Shown: positions 1-9,786, numbered from the stretch's first letter. The stretch is DNA of 64,000 bases from an uncultured Thermoplasmatales archaeon (GCA_964518165.1 CAZFFN010000040.1:14329-78328), one strand, 5' to 3'. The notes: a model not told the origin generated them from the sequence alone. Numbers and translations are program-made.

Positions 1-1434
1 ATAGGAGGAGAAAAAGTAACTGAAGGAGACCAAATGTGGCCTGAAATATATGTCGGCGAAGACGAAATTGTTGAAGTATGCGATCATGAATTTGAATTAA
101 CTGAAGGTATGATTGTATGGGACTGGAGAAACACATTATTTGGCCTATCCGATGGTGAAAGTGTCGTAATAGAGTTTGATACAGCGGTCACAGAATATTG
201 TGATGATTGCTGCGATGCATGCCCAAGAGAATGCTGGGATGAAAATTGTGCACTAGGTGCATTATGGGGATGTATGGAATGCAGTCCTTGTGAGTGGTAC
301 ATTGGTTCAGATTGTGTTGATATCAGATGCTGTCCACCACCAACAACATTTACTAAAGAAGTATATGATGAAGGTGAATGGGAAGACTCAATAGATACAG
401 TTGTCGGAAGCTCACTTAGATTCAAACTAGAATTAGAATACTTCGGAGAAGAAAATTTAACATATGTCAATTTTGTGGATGAATTACCATGTGTTCTTCT
501 TTATGATAACAACGTAGATATTGAAGTTATTGGAGGAAACTCAGTTGGAGATATAGAACCAGAGATTTCTAATGATGGAAAAACACTTTGGTGGAATCTT
601 TCTGATGTAAACCTTACAGATGGTGGAAAAATCATAATTAAATTCGATGCATATGTTAACGGAACAACTGGTTCCAGCTGCGGCTGCGGTGAAGTAGTTG
701 AAATAGTTAACTGGGCAGAAGTCAGAGGATATCATGGATGTTTACCCATTCCTGAACTTTTAGTTTGTAACTTCCCACTAGATGATGAAGTATCAATCAC
801 AGCACATGGAAACTGTCCACCAAGTAGACCATCCATTCGCGGACCTCAGACTGGAGAAGAAGGAGAAACACTTACATACTACTTTGTTTCAAGTGATTCA
901 GATGGCGATCAGATAAGATACAATATAAAATGGGGAGATGGAACCGTTAGTCTAGGAACCACACTGTATAACTCAGGTGAAGAAATAGACTTAGATCATA
1001 CATACGATGAAGCAGGAACATATAAGATAAAAGCAGAAGCAGTAGATGAACACGGTGCAACACATGGATACACTCCAAATAGTTACGAATACACAGTAGT
1101 AATTGAAGAAAGCGGGCAAGAAGGACTAAAAATAAGCATTCCAAAAATGTTTTACATGAAAAACATTGGTGCAGTAGTTGAGAATGTCGGAGAAGACACA
1201 GTTGAAGACATTGTCTGGACTTTCAATGTAACTGGCGGACTGCTTGGTTTCGATATCGGATCAAACGGAACAATCGAAGAATTAGAAGGAGAATCCACAG
1301 AAACAGTCTTATCTGGACCAATAACATTAAAGATTGGAAAAGCAGAGATAAATGTTACAGCAAAAACCGGTGACTACGATGAAGAAATTACCAAATCAGC
1401 TTTTGTATTTGGTAGATTGATCTTTGTAATGTAG
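1..1434 (+). CDS. Cys-rich surface protein with DUF11-like and PKD domains (5'-partial)
   Basis: The frame is open from base 1. It has a DUF11-like repeat (FTKEV...LRFKLELEY...FVDELP), a PKD motif (IKWGDG...HTYDEAGTYKIKAEAVD) and many Cys pairs. Confidence 0.75.
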   Translation: MGGEKVTEGDQMWPEIYVGEDEIVEVCDHEFELTEGMIVWDWRNTLFGLSDGESVVIEFDTAVTEYCDDCCDACPRECWDENCALGALWGCMECSPCEWYIGSDCVDIRCCPPPTTFTKEVYDEGEWEDSIDTVVGSSLRFKLELEYFGEENLTYVNFVDELPCVLLYDNNVDIEVIGGNSVGDIEPEISNDGKTLWWNLSDVNLTDGGKIIIKFDAYVNGTTGSSCGCGEVVEIVNWAEVRGYHGCLPIPELLVCNFPLDDEVSITAHGNCPPSRPSIRGPQTGEEGETLTYYFVSSDSDGDQIRYNIKWGDGTVSLGTTLYNSGEEIDLDHTYDEAGTYKIKAEAVDEHGATHGYTPNSYEYTVVIEESGQEGLKISIPKMFYMKNIGAVVENVGEDTVEDIVWTFNVTGGLLGFDIGSNGTIEELEGESTETVLSGPITLKIGKAEINVTAKTGDYDEEITKSAFVFGRLIFVM

Positions 1435-1449
1435 GAAAAAATCCTACAT
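1429..1449 (+). terminator. Hairpin plus T-tract overlapping the stop codon
   Basis: ATGTAGGA-AAAAA-TCCTACAT followed by T runs. Confidence 0.55.
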
Positions 1450-1512
1450 AAAATCTTTTTTTTATATTTTTTTTAATAAGTTTTTTAGACTAATTTTTGA
1501 TTGTATTTTATT

Positions 1513-1734
1513 ATGGATGAAAAAACTAGAATCAAAAAAGATATTGTAATGTTTGAAGAAAATATCAAAGAAACAGAAAAACTTAATTTAAATAATTCTC
1601 AAAAAAAAACAATTGAACTAGCTAGCCAATATTTTGAGGACAGTAAATATTATCTTGAAAAAAAAGATTTTTTCACTAGTTTCGGCTGCATAAATTATGC
1701 ACATGGATTACTTGACGCAATCATAAAATTTTAA
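1513..1734 (+). CDS. DUF357 family protein
   Basis: ASQYFEDSKYYLEKKDFFTSFGCINYAHGLLDA matches the archaeal DUF357 pattern. Confidence 0.8.
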   Translation: MDEKTRIKKDIVMFEENIKETEKLNLNNSQKKTIELASQYFEDSKYYLEKKDFFTSFGCINYAHGLLDAIIKF

Positions 1735-1782
1735 AACAACGTATACAATTCATAAATAAATTGTAGGGGAGAAAAAATATTT

Positions 1783-2328
1783 ATGAAAAAAACAGGCGAC
1801 TTAAGAAAATTTTATTATTATTCTTTTCCAACAAACGCAGCTCTTGTAACAGTTAAAGACAGTAAAAAAACTAATATTATTACTATAGCATGGCACTGCA
1901 CAATTTCAAAAAATCCTCCTTTATATGGTATATCTGTAGCACCTTCAAGACACTCTCATAGTTTATTAGAAGAATCAAAGGAATTTGTAGTAAACTTTAT
2001 GCCGTATAGTCTAGTTGAAAAAGTTCAGTTTTGCGGAACACATTCAGGGAAAAACACAGATAAGGCAGATAAAACAGATCTTAGTTTAATTATTTCAGAA
2101 AAGATTTCTACAAGTTCAATTAAAGAAAGCTATGCATGTCTTGAGTGTAAGCTTTTTGATAAGTTAAAACTAGGCGATCACAGTTTTTTTGTAGGAGAAG
2201 TAGTAAACACAACAGTAGAAGAGGAATATTTCAAAGGAAAAATTTTAGATATAGATAAAATAAAACCTTGTTATTACCTTGGTGATAAGGTTTACACAAA
2301 TTTTAATTTAGAAAAAAAGAAATTTTAA
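1783..2328 (+). CDS. Flavin reductase-like FMN-binding protein
   Basis: NIITIAW, EFVVN, CGTHSG, LECKL, GDHSFFVGEV motifs. Confidence 0.9.
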   Translation: MKKTGDLRKFYYYSFPTNAALVTVKDSKKTNIITIAWHCTISKNPPLYGISVAPSRHSHSLLEESKEFVVNFMPYSLVEKVQFCGTHSGKNTDKADKTDLSLIISEKISTSSIKESYACLECKLFDKLKLGDHSFFVGEVVNTTVEEEYFKGKILDIDKIKPCYYLGDKVYTNFNLEKKKF

Positions 2329-3113
2329 CTGAAGAGGATCTTTATTGATTCTCCAGTTTTTATTTTATATTTTTCAGAGGCATTTTCCTGGTTTATTGAT
2401 ATTTCAAGTAGATTGCTGCTACCAATTGTAGCTAGAGTTTCTCCTTTTTTTCCTTCACCATATGTTTTTACAAAAGGAATCTCAATTCTTTTTTTACCAA
2501 TAAAAACCATGATTTTTTTCCCAAAATCAAAATAATTTCTTATTTTCAACCCATTTATATTTGTAATTATGTTTCCAAATCCATCAATAAACAGTACTTT
2601 TCCTTCTACAGTTTTTTCCTTTATTGTAAATGAGCCTAAATCTAGTGTTTTATAATCATCTATTTTTGGACCTATTTCATTGAAGTATTTTCCATTAAGA
2701 ATATGAGCTGCAACCGGTGTAAATATATCCCGCCCATGAAAAGTATTTGAAATATTATTCATCATTAGATTTTTGTTTTTTATTTCATAAACTTGAAAAT
2801 TCCCTAATCTTTTTGCCGCAGGGATTAATAACCCGTTATCTGGACCTATTAATATTTGAGAAGGTGTTGCAATAACTATTCCTCTTCTTTTTGTTCCAAC
2901 ACCCGGGTCAACTACTCCAACATGGACTGTTCCTCTTGGAAAATATGGAACAGTTGTCTTTAAAAGAAATGCTCCTTCTAGTATATTTTGAGGTGTTACT
3001 TCATGGGTGATATCAACTAGTCGTGCATCTGTTAGGTTTAATGCTACCGCTTTCATTTGTGCTACATAGCTACTTTTTGAGCCAAAATCTGTAAGAAAGG
3101 TCATTGTTTTCAT
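2325..3113 (-). CDS. SAM hydroxide adenosyltransferase / SAM-dependent halogenase family (DUF62)
   Basis: FLTDFG, VDITH, VVDPGVG, GPDNG, TFHGRDIF, DGFGNIITN motifs. Confidence 0.92.
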   Translation of the reverse strand: MKTMTFLTDFGSKSSYVAQMKAVALNLTDARLVDITHEVTPQNILEGAFLLKTTVPYFPRGTVHVGVVDPGVGTKRRGIVIATPSQILIGPDNGLLIPAAKRLGNFQVYEIKNKNLMMNNISNTFHGRDIFTPVAAHILNGKYFNEIGPKIDDYKTLDLGSFTIKEKTVEGKVLFIDGFGNIITNINGLKIRNYFDFGKKIMVFIGKKRIEIPFVKTYGEGKKGETLATIGSSNLLEISINQENASEKYKIKTGESIKILFS

Positions 3114-3235
3114 ACTAAATTCCACTTGAAAATTAATATAAAATTGATATATAAGCTTTTAATAGGTCAAATAAACCCTATTTATAGGAAAAATATTTAT
3201 GCTATGAGTTTACATATATAATAGGTTGGATCTTT

Positions 3236-3634
3236 GTGAAAAAGGATTATAATAAAAAAAATGTGGAGATAGTCTCAAAAATTTGGGATAAAAAAAACAA
3301 CTCCATGATTTGTCCTAAGTGTGGGGGAAACATGATTATGGTTCAAGTTGAACCTATTCACGAAGCAGAAAATGCATATATTCCTTATGATACTATTATC
3401 GAATGCAATAAGTGTGACTATAATATTAGGACCGAATCATTTACCATTCTTGGTAGTGTCAAAAACTTTGATTTGAAAAATATTGAAATAGCTAGTTGGG
3501 GGCCTAGCGGGTCAAGGGTTATATCAAATTATGAGCATCTACTTGATTATGAATTATTAAAAAACTTTAAAAAATCAGGTGAACTTACTGAGTTTTTAGT
3601 TGTAAACAACCAGGTTGTTCAGATAATTGGATAA
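3236..3634 (+). CDS. Hypothetical Zn-ribbon protein
   Basis: CPKCGG...CNKC in a 132-aa ORF. Confidence 0.6.
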   Translation: MKKDYNKKNVEIVSKIWDKKNNSMICPKCGGNMIMVQVEPIHEAENAYIPYDTIIECNKCDYNIRTESFTILGSVKNFDLKNIEIASWGPSGSRVISNYEHLLDYELLKNFKKSGELTEFLVVNNQVVQIIG

Positions 3635-3747
3635 AATATTATAATTTTCATTTTGATAATTTTAATTATATGTAAATAACATAAATTGTTAATTTTTCCA
3701 GTTATATTTATATACTAGAAAAAAGAAATCTATAACTAGGGATGTAT

Positions 3748-3837
3748 ATGTTGAAAAAAACTAAGAAAAAAGCAAAAAAAACCGCTCCTAAAGACATACC
3801 AATCATATGGGTTAATGTCGTTGAACCTTATTATTAG
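3748..3837 (+). CDS. Putative 29-aa basic microprotein (MLKKTKKKAKKTAPKDIPIIWVNVVEPYY)
   Basis: Translated by hand. A TATA-like TTATATTTATATA and a purine-rich AGGGA lie upstream. Confidence 0.35.
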   Translation: MLKKTKKKAKKTAPKDIPIIWVNVVEPYY

Positions 3838-4139
3838 GAATACATTATTCCATCGTATTCGTCTGGTTCTTTTCTCTTGTTTCTTGAATGTTTAATGAAT
3901 TTACGTTGACGTTTTTTTGCAACAAAGCCAATATCTCTTCTTAAAAGACGTACATAGGTTTTATTTGGAAGTGGTTCTAGTTTTACTATTCCTTTTACTT
4001 GAAATTTTTGTAAAACTCTTTTAATAATTTTTTTAGAAAGTTTAAGTTTTATTGAAATTTGTTCTATTGTAATAGGATAAATATTTTGTAAAAGTTTTAT
4101 AATTCTTTCCTCATGTGTACCTGAAGTAATTTCTATCAT
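3834..4139 (-). CDS. Winged helix-turn-helix protein
   Basis: EERIIKLLQ..YPITIEQISIKLKLSKKIIKRVLQKFQVKGIV wHTH pattern with a basic tail. Confidence 0.65.
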   Translation of the reverse strand: MIEITSGTHEERIIKLLQNIYPITIEQISIKLKLSKKIIKRVLQKFQVKGIVKLEPLPNKTYVRLLRRDIGFVAKKRQRKFIKHSRNKRKEPDEYDGIMYS

Positions 4140-4179
4140 TATACCAATATAAAAAGAAACAATTGTTATATAATCTTTT

Positions 4180-5616
4180 TTATCCCATCACTGAATAAGC
4201 TCTTTTACCTTGTTTGTCCTGTCTGAAAAGTTTTTTTACATCTTTTATCATATCTTTAGGGTACCCATTTGGAAAATCAATGCATCCTCTACAGGTTTCA
4301 AATCCTATTGCTTTTTTAAGACTTTCTATACTAGTATAAGCAAGACTATCTGCTCCTATATCTTTGTTTATTTCATCAACTGTTCTTATTTCGCCATTCT
4401 TTTTTCTAGCGATAAACTCTTTTTTACTTCTCATATCGATTCCTAGATAACATGGTGCAACTAGTGGCGGACAGCCAATTCTTACATGGACTTCTTTAGC
4501 CCCTGCATCTCTGATGCCATTTACTAATTTTCTCATATTTGTACCGCGAACTATGGAATCATCGATTATTACTACTCTTTTTCCTCTGAGAACCGATCTA
4601 AGATAGGAAAGACCTTCTTCTACTACTTTGTCTCTACTTTCCTGAGTTTGCTGAATAAAGCTTCTTTCGTCTTTATCCTTCATTATTCCTTCATCAAGAG
4701 GAATTTTCGATTCAGAGGCATAACCTGTTGCATAGTGTCTTCCCGACTCGGGCACTGGTACTACTAAATCTGCATCAACTGGATATTCTTTGGCTAGAAG
4801 CCTACCTAATTCTGCTCTGACATTATGTACTGATCTACCATTGATTCTTGAATCTGGCTTTGCAAAATAAACATATTCAAACATACATGGTCTTTCTTCT
4901 TTTTTTACGAACTGTTTTTCAAAAATCTCTCCGTTTTTGTTAATAATTATTATTGATCCACCTGGTATATCTTTAATATATTCAAAATTGACTTTCTTGA
5001 AAACACGGGTTTCACTAGTCAGACAATACGTTCCATTTTGTTTTCCTAAGACTAATGGTCTTACCTTATATGGGTCGGTCATTGCAAATAGATATGGATC
5101 ATTTCCAGAGTCAGCTAAAAAAAGAGCTGAGTAACTCCCTTTTACTACCTGCATTATTTCTTCACATGCTTTGGAAATTGTTTCAACATTTAGTTCCTTT
5201 TTGTAAAGTTTATCGGCCATAGGTAGAAGTAGACATTGTATATCACATTCGGTTCTTGGTTTTCTATCTGTTTTTTTTGAAAGTTCAGTGCAGTTAAAAA
5301 TATTTCCATTATGAACAGATGCAAGAAATGGATTAACTAGATATTCAGGTTGAGCATTTCTTTTTAATGATTCTAAATCATCCATACCTGCTGTCGAATA
5401 TCTTGTATGACCTATTCCAATTTTACCTGGAACATTTATCTTTTTTTCTTCATCAAATATCTCTCTAACTAGACCTGCATCTTTTGTTACATTTATATTT
5501 CCATCATATATGAGCATACCAGCAGATGATTGCCCACGATGTTGAATAGAGAAAAGACTGTGATATATTAGTCGTGATACCGGCTTATTTCCAATAATTC
5601 CAACAATACCGCACAT
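4180..5616 (-). CDS. purF: Amidophosphoribosyltransferase
   Basis: N-terminal MCGI, QHRGQ, GHTRYST, HNGN, PRPP motif VIIDDSIVRG, and Fe-S cysteines. Confidence 0.97.
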   Translation of the reverse strand: MCGIVGIIGNKPVSRLIYHSLFSIQHRGQSSAGMLIYDGNINVTKDAGLVREIFDEEKKINVPGKIGIGHTRYSTAGMDDLESLKRNAQPEYLVNPFLASVHNGNIFNCTELSKKTDRKPRTECDIQCLLLPMADKLYKKELNVETISKACEEIMQVVKGSYSALFLADSGNDPYLFAMTDPYKVRPLVLGKQNGTYCLTSETRVFKKVNFEYIKDIPGGSIIIINKNGEIFEKQFVKKEERPCMFEYVYFAKPDSRINGRSVHNVRAELGRLLAKEYPVDADLVVPVPESGRHYATGYASESKIPLDEGIMKDKDERSFIQQTQESRDKVVEEGLSYLRSVLRGKRVVIIDDSIVRGTNMRKLVNGIRDAGAKEVHVRIGCPPLVAPCYLGIDMRSKKEFIARKKNGEIRTVDEINKDIGADSLAYTSIESLKKAIGFETCRGCIDFPNGYPKDMIKDVKKLFRQDKQGKRAYSVMG

Positions 5617-5679
5617 AGTAGTATTTTAGGGAATAAAAAACAGTTATTTAATGCTTTTTTATTAATTAAATTATATAGA

Positions 5680-6927
5680 TTAAATATCTTCCCATTCTTT
5701 TAATACTGATTCCCAATTGTAACTATCAACTGCGTCTATTTCGCCAAGTTTTCTAATAATTTTTTCATAGCCTTTCACTAGAGTCCTTGTTCTTATTTTA
5801 AGTACCACATCATACTTTCCAGCTACAACACAAACTCTTGATACGCCACGTATCTTCCACATTTTCTGCATTGTTTCAGGGATATCATACCCTGGCTTGA
5901 GTTTTACAAATATATATGCTTTTACTAATGTTAATGCAAATGATGCAATACCTAGAACCATTATCACTATACCAATAATTTTTATTATTAGCAAAGTAGG
6001 ATCTAGTGGGAATTGTTCTATAACACCTAAATGTGCTATAAGTAGTGAAACAGGTATTGCAAAAATTATTGTTGTTGAGCGGACAGCCTGAGCAATACTT
6101 GCTTTTCCAATACCTAGAGCTCGTATGTAGAATATAAATGCAAAAAATGCACCTATCGCTATTAATGTAACCCACCCTATGTTACTAAAGGTTGCAATTA
6201 TTCCTTCTGTTAAATGATTTGAACCAGTAAATAGATCATAAAATAGGATAATTATTGAAGTAAGAATTGTAGCCATCACTACATTCCAGAAACGTATGTT
6301 TATAGAGTCATTATGTTGTCCATCAATTCTAAGCCATTTGAGTTTACGTTGATAGACTGTTAAAAGTACCCAACTGGGGTTTATAACTAAAAATACTATT
6401 AAGATAGATTCAAGATTTAAATTACCTGTTAAACTAAGTGAGCCAAGTATTGCACCAAAAGTAACAATCATTACTGATTGTAATTCTGTTAAAGTAGGCA
6501 TATCTTTTTCATTAACTGATTCAATTAAAACAAGATACAATATTACTACTTGTGCAAAAGGTAATACTACGCTTGGATCCTCAATTATTGTAAACAAGGC
6601 AAAATATCCAACTGTGTAAAGAGCGTTACCAAGACCTGCTAAAAATTGATATTTGACTTCTTCTTTTCTAATAAGCCTAAATTTTCTAAAAGAAGGATCA
6701 ACATATTTTTGGCCAACTGTTTTTTTTCCAATTTTAATAGAAAAAATTGACGCAAAAATTAAAGTTACGGGAATTCCCATTAAAAAAATCGCAAGGCCCA
6801 AAGACCAAGGATCAGTTACAAAGAACTTACTTACAGTTGCATCTACACCAGAATTAATTGCTGCAATGATTGCAGATGCAAAAGCAAGTGCATAAAATAG
6901 ATATTTCTTACGTATTTTTATTCTCAT
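5680..6927 (-). CDS. EamA/DMT-like membrane transporter fused to a C-terminal Lrp/AsnC ligand-binding (RAM) domain
   Basis: About 10 hydrophobic helices with YIRALGIGKASIA, then AYIFVKLKPG...VVAGKYDVVLKI. Confidence 0.75.
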   Translation of the reverse strand: MRIKIRKKYLFYALAFASAIIAAINSGVDATVSKFFVTDPWSLGLAIFLMGIPVTLIFASIFSIKIGKKTVGQKYVDPSFRKFRLIRKEEVKYQFLAGLGNALYTVGYFALFTIIEDPSVVLPFAQVVILYLVLIESVNEKDMPTLTELQSVMIVTFGAILGSLSLTGNLNLESILIVFLVINPSWVLLTVYQRKLKWLRIDGQHNDSINIRFWNVVMATILTSIIILFYDLFTGSNHLTEGIIATFSNIGWVTLIAIGAFFAFIFYIRALGIGKASIAQAVRSTTIIFAIPVSLLIAHLGVIEQFPLDPTLLIIKIIGIVIMVLGIASFALTLVKAYIFVKLKPGYDIPETMQKMWKIRGVSRVCVVAGKYDVVLKIRTRTLVKGYEKIIRKLGEIDAVDSYNWESVLKEWEDI

Positions 6928-7163
6928 AATGCTATTTCTTTCTCAATTACTTGAGTGGTTGTTTTTTTGACACCAGATATCATTTGGATTTTGTTTGTAA
7001 CTTTTAAAAGGGTATCAAGAGTTTTAACTTGAGCACGTACAACTATATCATACTCTCCTGCAACAACTGATATTTTTGCAACATTTTTTACTTTCCTCAT
7101 CTCAGCTATTGCTTTTGCTGAATCGCCTGGTTCCATGTGAATTAATATGTATGCGCTTATCAT
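6924..7163 (-). CDS. Stand-alone Lrp/AsnC ligand-binding domain protein
   Basis: AYILIHMEPG...VVAGEYDIVVRA...ISGVKKTTT, with no HTH domain. Confidence 0.9.
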   Translation of the reverse strand: MISAYILIHMEPGDSAKAIAEMRKVKNVAKISVVAGEYDIVVRAQVKTLDTLLKVTNKIQMISGVKKTTTQVIEKEIAL

Positions 7164-7335
7164 GGCTTTTATTTCACCTTATTTTGCACCCGGAACATAG
7201 GGCACTATATAAATATTATGTTCGATAGATCATATAGGATATTATTTTTACTTATAAAAAACCTATTTTTATAGGAGAGAATAAGGAAAGATTTAAATCA
7301 TAAGATATGTATTCCTGTTGTGGAGGTAAAAAATT

Positions 7336-7521
7336 ATGGCCTATGAACATGAAGGATGGACATTATATTGTAGAGATGTAAAGCTTAAAGGCGGAAAAAA
7401 CCAAAGAATATTTTTCTTTAGTAAAAGATCACCAAAAAGTGGAACACCATGCGACAAGCCTGATAACTACACTGTTGGTGTCAACAAAAGAACTGGTCTT
7501 CCATACTTAAAAAAGAAGTAA
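7336..7521 (+). CDS. Small basic hypothetical protein (61 aa)
   Basis: GGAGGT ribosome-binding site, TTTAAA box upstream, and an inverted repeat plus T-tract downstream. Confidence 0.75.
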   Translation: MAYEHEGWTLYCRDVKLKGGKNQRIFFFSKRSPKSGTPCDKPDNYTVGVNKRTGLPYLKKK

Positions 7522-7583
7522 GATTTTAAAAAATTGATTTTTAATAGTTCTTTACTTCTTTTATTTTTTTTATATTTTTTGTT

Positions 7584-9548
7584 TTAGCTGTATCCACCGA
7601 TTTTTAGGCTTGGATCGCCAAATAGTTCCCACTGCTGTACCATTTTTACGTCCATTTTTGCATCATCACCAAGGAATTTATGTAAGTATTCTGCCATAGT
7701 TTGGCCGTGGTTTAAACCTAGATTATCCTCATTTTCCATACCATATAGTTCTAAGAATCTTAATTCAAGCCAACCATCTAGTATTTCAAGATAGTCTATC
7801 ACACCATTTAGATCTTGATCTCCATCACCGTGTGTACCTAGACCGGTGTTTGCAATGGTTGCAATTGCACCACCATTTGGTTTACTTGTAAGCCACCATG
7901 CCCAACAGTTTGGAGTCCAACCATCAAAGAAAAACCTGAAGAAAAAGTATTTTAGACCATTGTTTTTAATTCCCTCTCTTATTATATTTGGAACTGTTTT
8001 ATCAAATTCTCCGTTATGACAGCCTCCTACAACTGTGACAGGCAGTCTATCTCTATTTCTAAGAGGAATCATATCTTTAACATGATAACCAGTGGTCCAG
8101 TTACTTGATTCATTTACTGGATCTGGAAAATGTGTGCTCCATGATACCCTACTACCATGTCCACATATATATGCAAAACCTGAACCTTTGTTGAATTCTT
8201 CATTTACCGTTTTTCTATTTATATCTTCATTTGAGGCATATACCTTTAATGGATTAAAACCAGGTAATATTTCAAGAGCTTTATCACAAGCAATTTCACC
8301 TTCTTTTACAATTTCACCTTCTGGCCATTGACCATGGTTTACATAAGAATCTCCACCTACTAAAAGCAGATTATTAAACCAATCTTCTTCTTTAACATTT
8401 GATCTTTCATATCTTAGGATTTTTCTAACCATTGTCCTTACTTCATGTTTATTTCTACAGGCAAGTCTTCCTAGATATACATCAGGGTACAGATCCATTT
8501 CATCTTTGAAAGTTGCATTCCAAACAGAGAATTTGTCGTCATTATTTGAGTCCCAGCTTGAAAATCTTCCTTCTGAATCATATATATCTGCAAAATATAG
8601 ATCGCTTACAAAACGCTTTTCCGGATATTCTTGTTCTTCTGTTGGAACTACATAGCTGTATCTAATTGGTACGGTCCAGCTATCTCTCTGTCCGTCTCTT
8701 CCTCCAACAAGTAAAACATGAGTAATATCCCATCTTTCGATTGCTCCTTTAATAAAATATTTTATTTTTTCAGAATCATCTCTTCCTCTTAGTAGATTTT
8801 CATTATATATTTCTTCAGTGGAAAACATCTTTGTTTTAACATCTTGATTGTTTTTAAAAGAAACCAAAGGCTTTAGAATATCAGTGAACTTGTTTGGTGC
8901 AATTATCAGTAGATCTGTTTTACTCTCTTCATCGATTATTGGTTCTTGGGGTTCTGAATAAGTAATATTAACTATTATATCTGAGATATATGATATTTCG
9001 TTATCATCTGGATGGTATTTTACAGGATAAACACGTAAAACAAGATAGCTAACTCGATTATTATAATCAAGCCCTCCACCTGTATGATACTCAACCCAAT
9101 CATTTGGATAGACCCCAAGATTTTTGTATAATTCATCATATTTTACTTCATCCAATTTAATACTATTTATACTGTCAAATTGTGCTTTTCCAAACGATAG
9201 TTTACTACCAAGTTCAATTATTTCAGAAGAAGAATTTTCGTAGGAGATGTCTGATATTTTTGTTCCAAATGGTAGTTTGAATACTGATATATTTACTGGC
9301 AAGACCGGATAACTTGTTTCATAATCAAACATTTTTATTCTATTATGATTCGTTTCCTCAACTTTTACAACTGAGTAATTATATTGTTCTTTCACTGTTG
9401 GATATGAAAAAGAAAAATCTATCTCAAATGATTTTTCATTGAAAGATATCATTTCTTTAGATTTATCCGTCAAATTTTGCCCAAAAACAGATATACTTGA
9501 AAAAACAAATATTAATACAGCTATTATACTAACTAGTTTTTTATTCAT
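7584..9548 (-). CDS. Secreted peptidase C25 (gingipain-like) with propeptide
   Basis: Signal peptide; VLLVGG, SDLYFAD, DVYLGRL, catalytic GHG and GGCHNG, C-terminal LFGDPSL. Confidence 0.93.
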   Translation of the reverse strand: MNKKLVSIIAVLIFVFSSISVFGQNLTDKSKEMISFNEKSFEIDFSFSYPTVKEQYNYSVVKVEETNHNRIKMFDYETSYPVLPVNISVFKLPFGTKISDISYENSSSEIIELGSKLSFGKAQFDSINSIKLDEVKYDELYKNLGVYPNDWVEYHTGGGLDYNNRVSYLVLRVYPVKYHPDDNEISYISDIIVNITYSEPQEPIIDEESKTDLLIIAPNKFTDILKPLVSFKNNQDVKTKMFSTEEIYNENLLRGRDDSEKIKYFIKGAIERWDITHVLLVGGRDGQRDSWTVPIRYSYVVPTEEQEYPEKRFVSDLYFADIYDSEGRFSSWDSNNDDKFSVWNATFKDEMDLYPDVYLGRLACRNKHEVRTMVRKILRYERSNVKEEDWFNNLLLVGGDSYVNHGQWPEGEIVKEGEIACDKALEILPGFNPLKVYASNEDINRKTVNEEFNKGSGFAYICGHGSRVSWSTHFPDPVNESSNWTTGYHVKDMIPLRNRDRLPVTVVGGCHNGEFDKTVPNIIREGIKNNGLKYFFFRFFFDGWTPNCWAWWLTSKPNGGAIATIANTGLGTHGDGDQDLNGVIDYLEILDGWLELRFLELYGMENEDNLGLNHGQTMAEYLHKFLGDDAKMDVKMVQQWELFGDPSLKIGGYS

Positions 9549-9616
9549 TTTTTACCCCCTAAAATATTAGATATATCTTTTTTAATAACAGCTATATATA
9601 AAAAACTTTCCAAGAG

Positions 9617-9727
9617 ACAAATATAAAAGATGCAATCGGCGACTCACAAGATGGAGATACTATTTTTATTTATAACGGAACCTGTTATGAAAATTTAGTC
9701 ATAATAAAAAAAATAACATTTTTTTGA
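9617..9727 (+). pseudogene. Relic of a NosD/parallel beta-helix protein N-terminal motif
   Basis: Translates to TNIKDAIGDSQDGDTIFIYNGTCYENLVIIKKITFF*, similar to TKIQDAINSTENGDKIIVRAGTYYENIFINKKIEL in the 14886-15296 ORF. There is no start codon. Confidence 0.65.
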
Positions 9728-9786
9728 AAAAATAGTATCTATTACAACATAAGCATTTTATGCTAAAAAACTAGTAAAAACATTTT

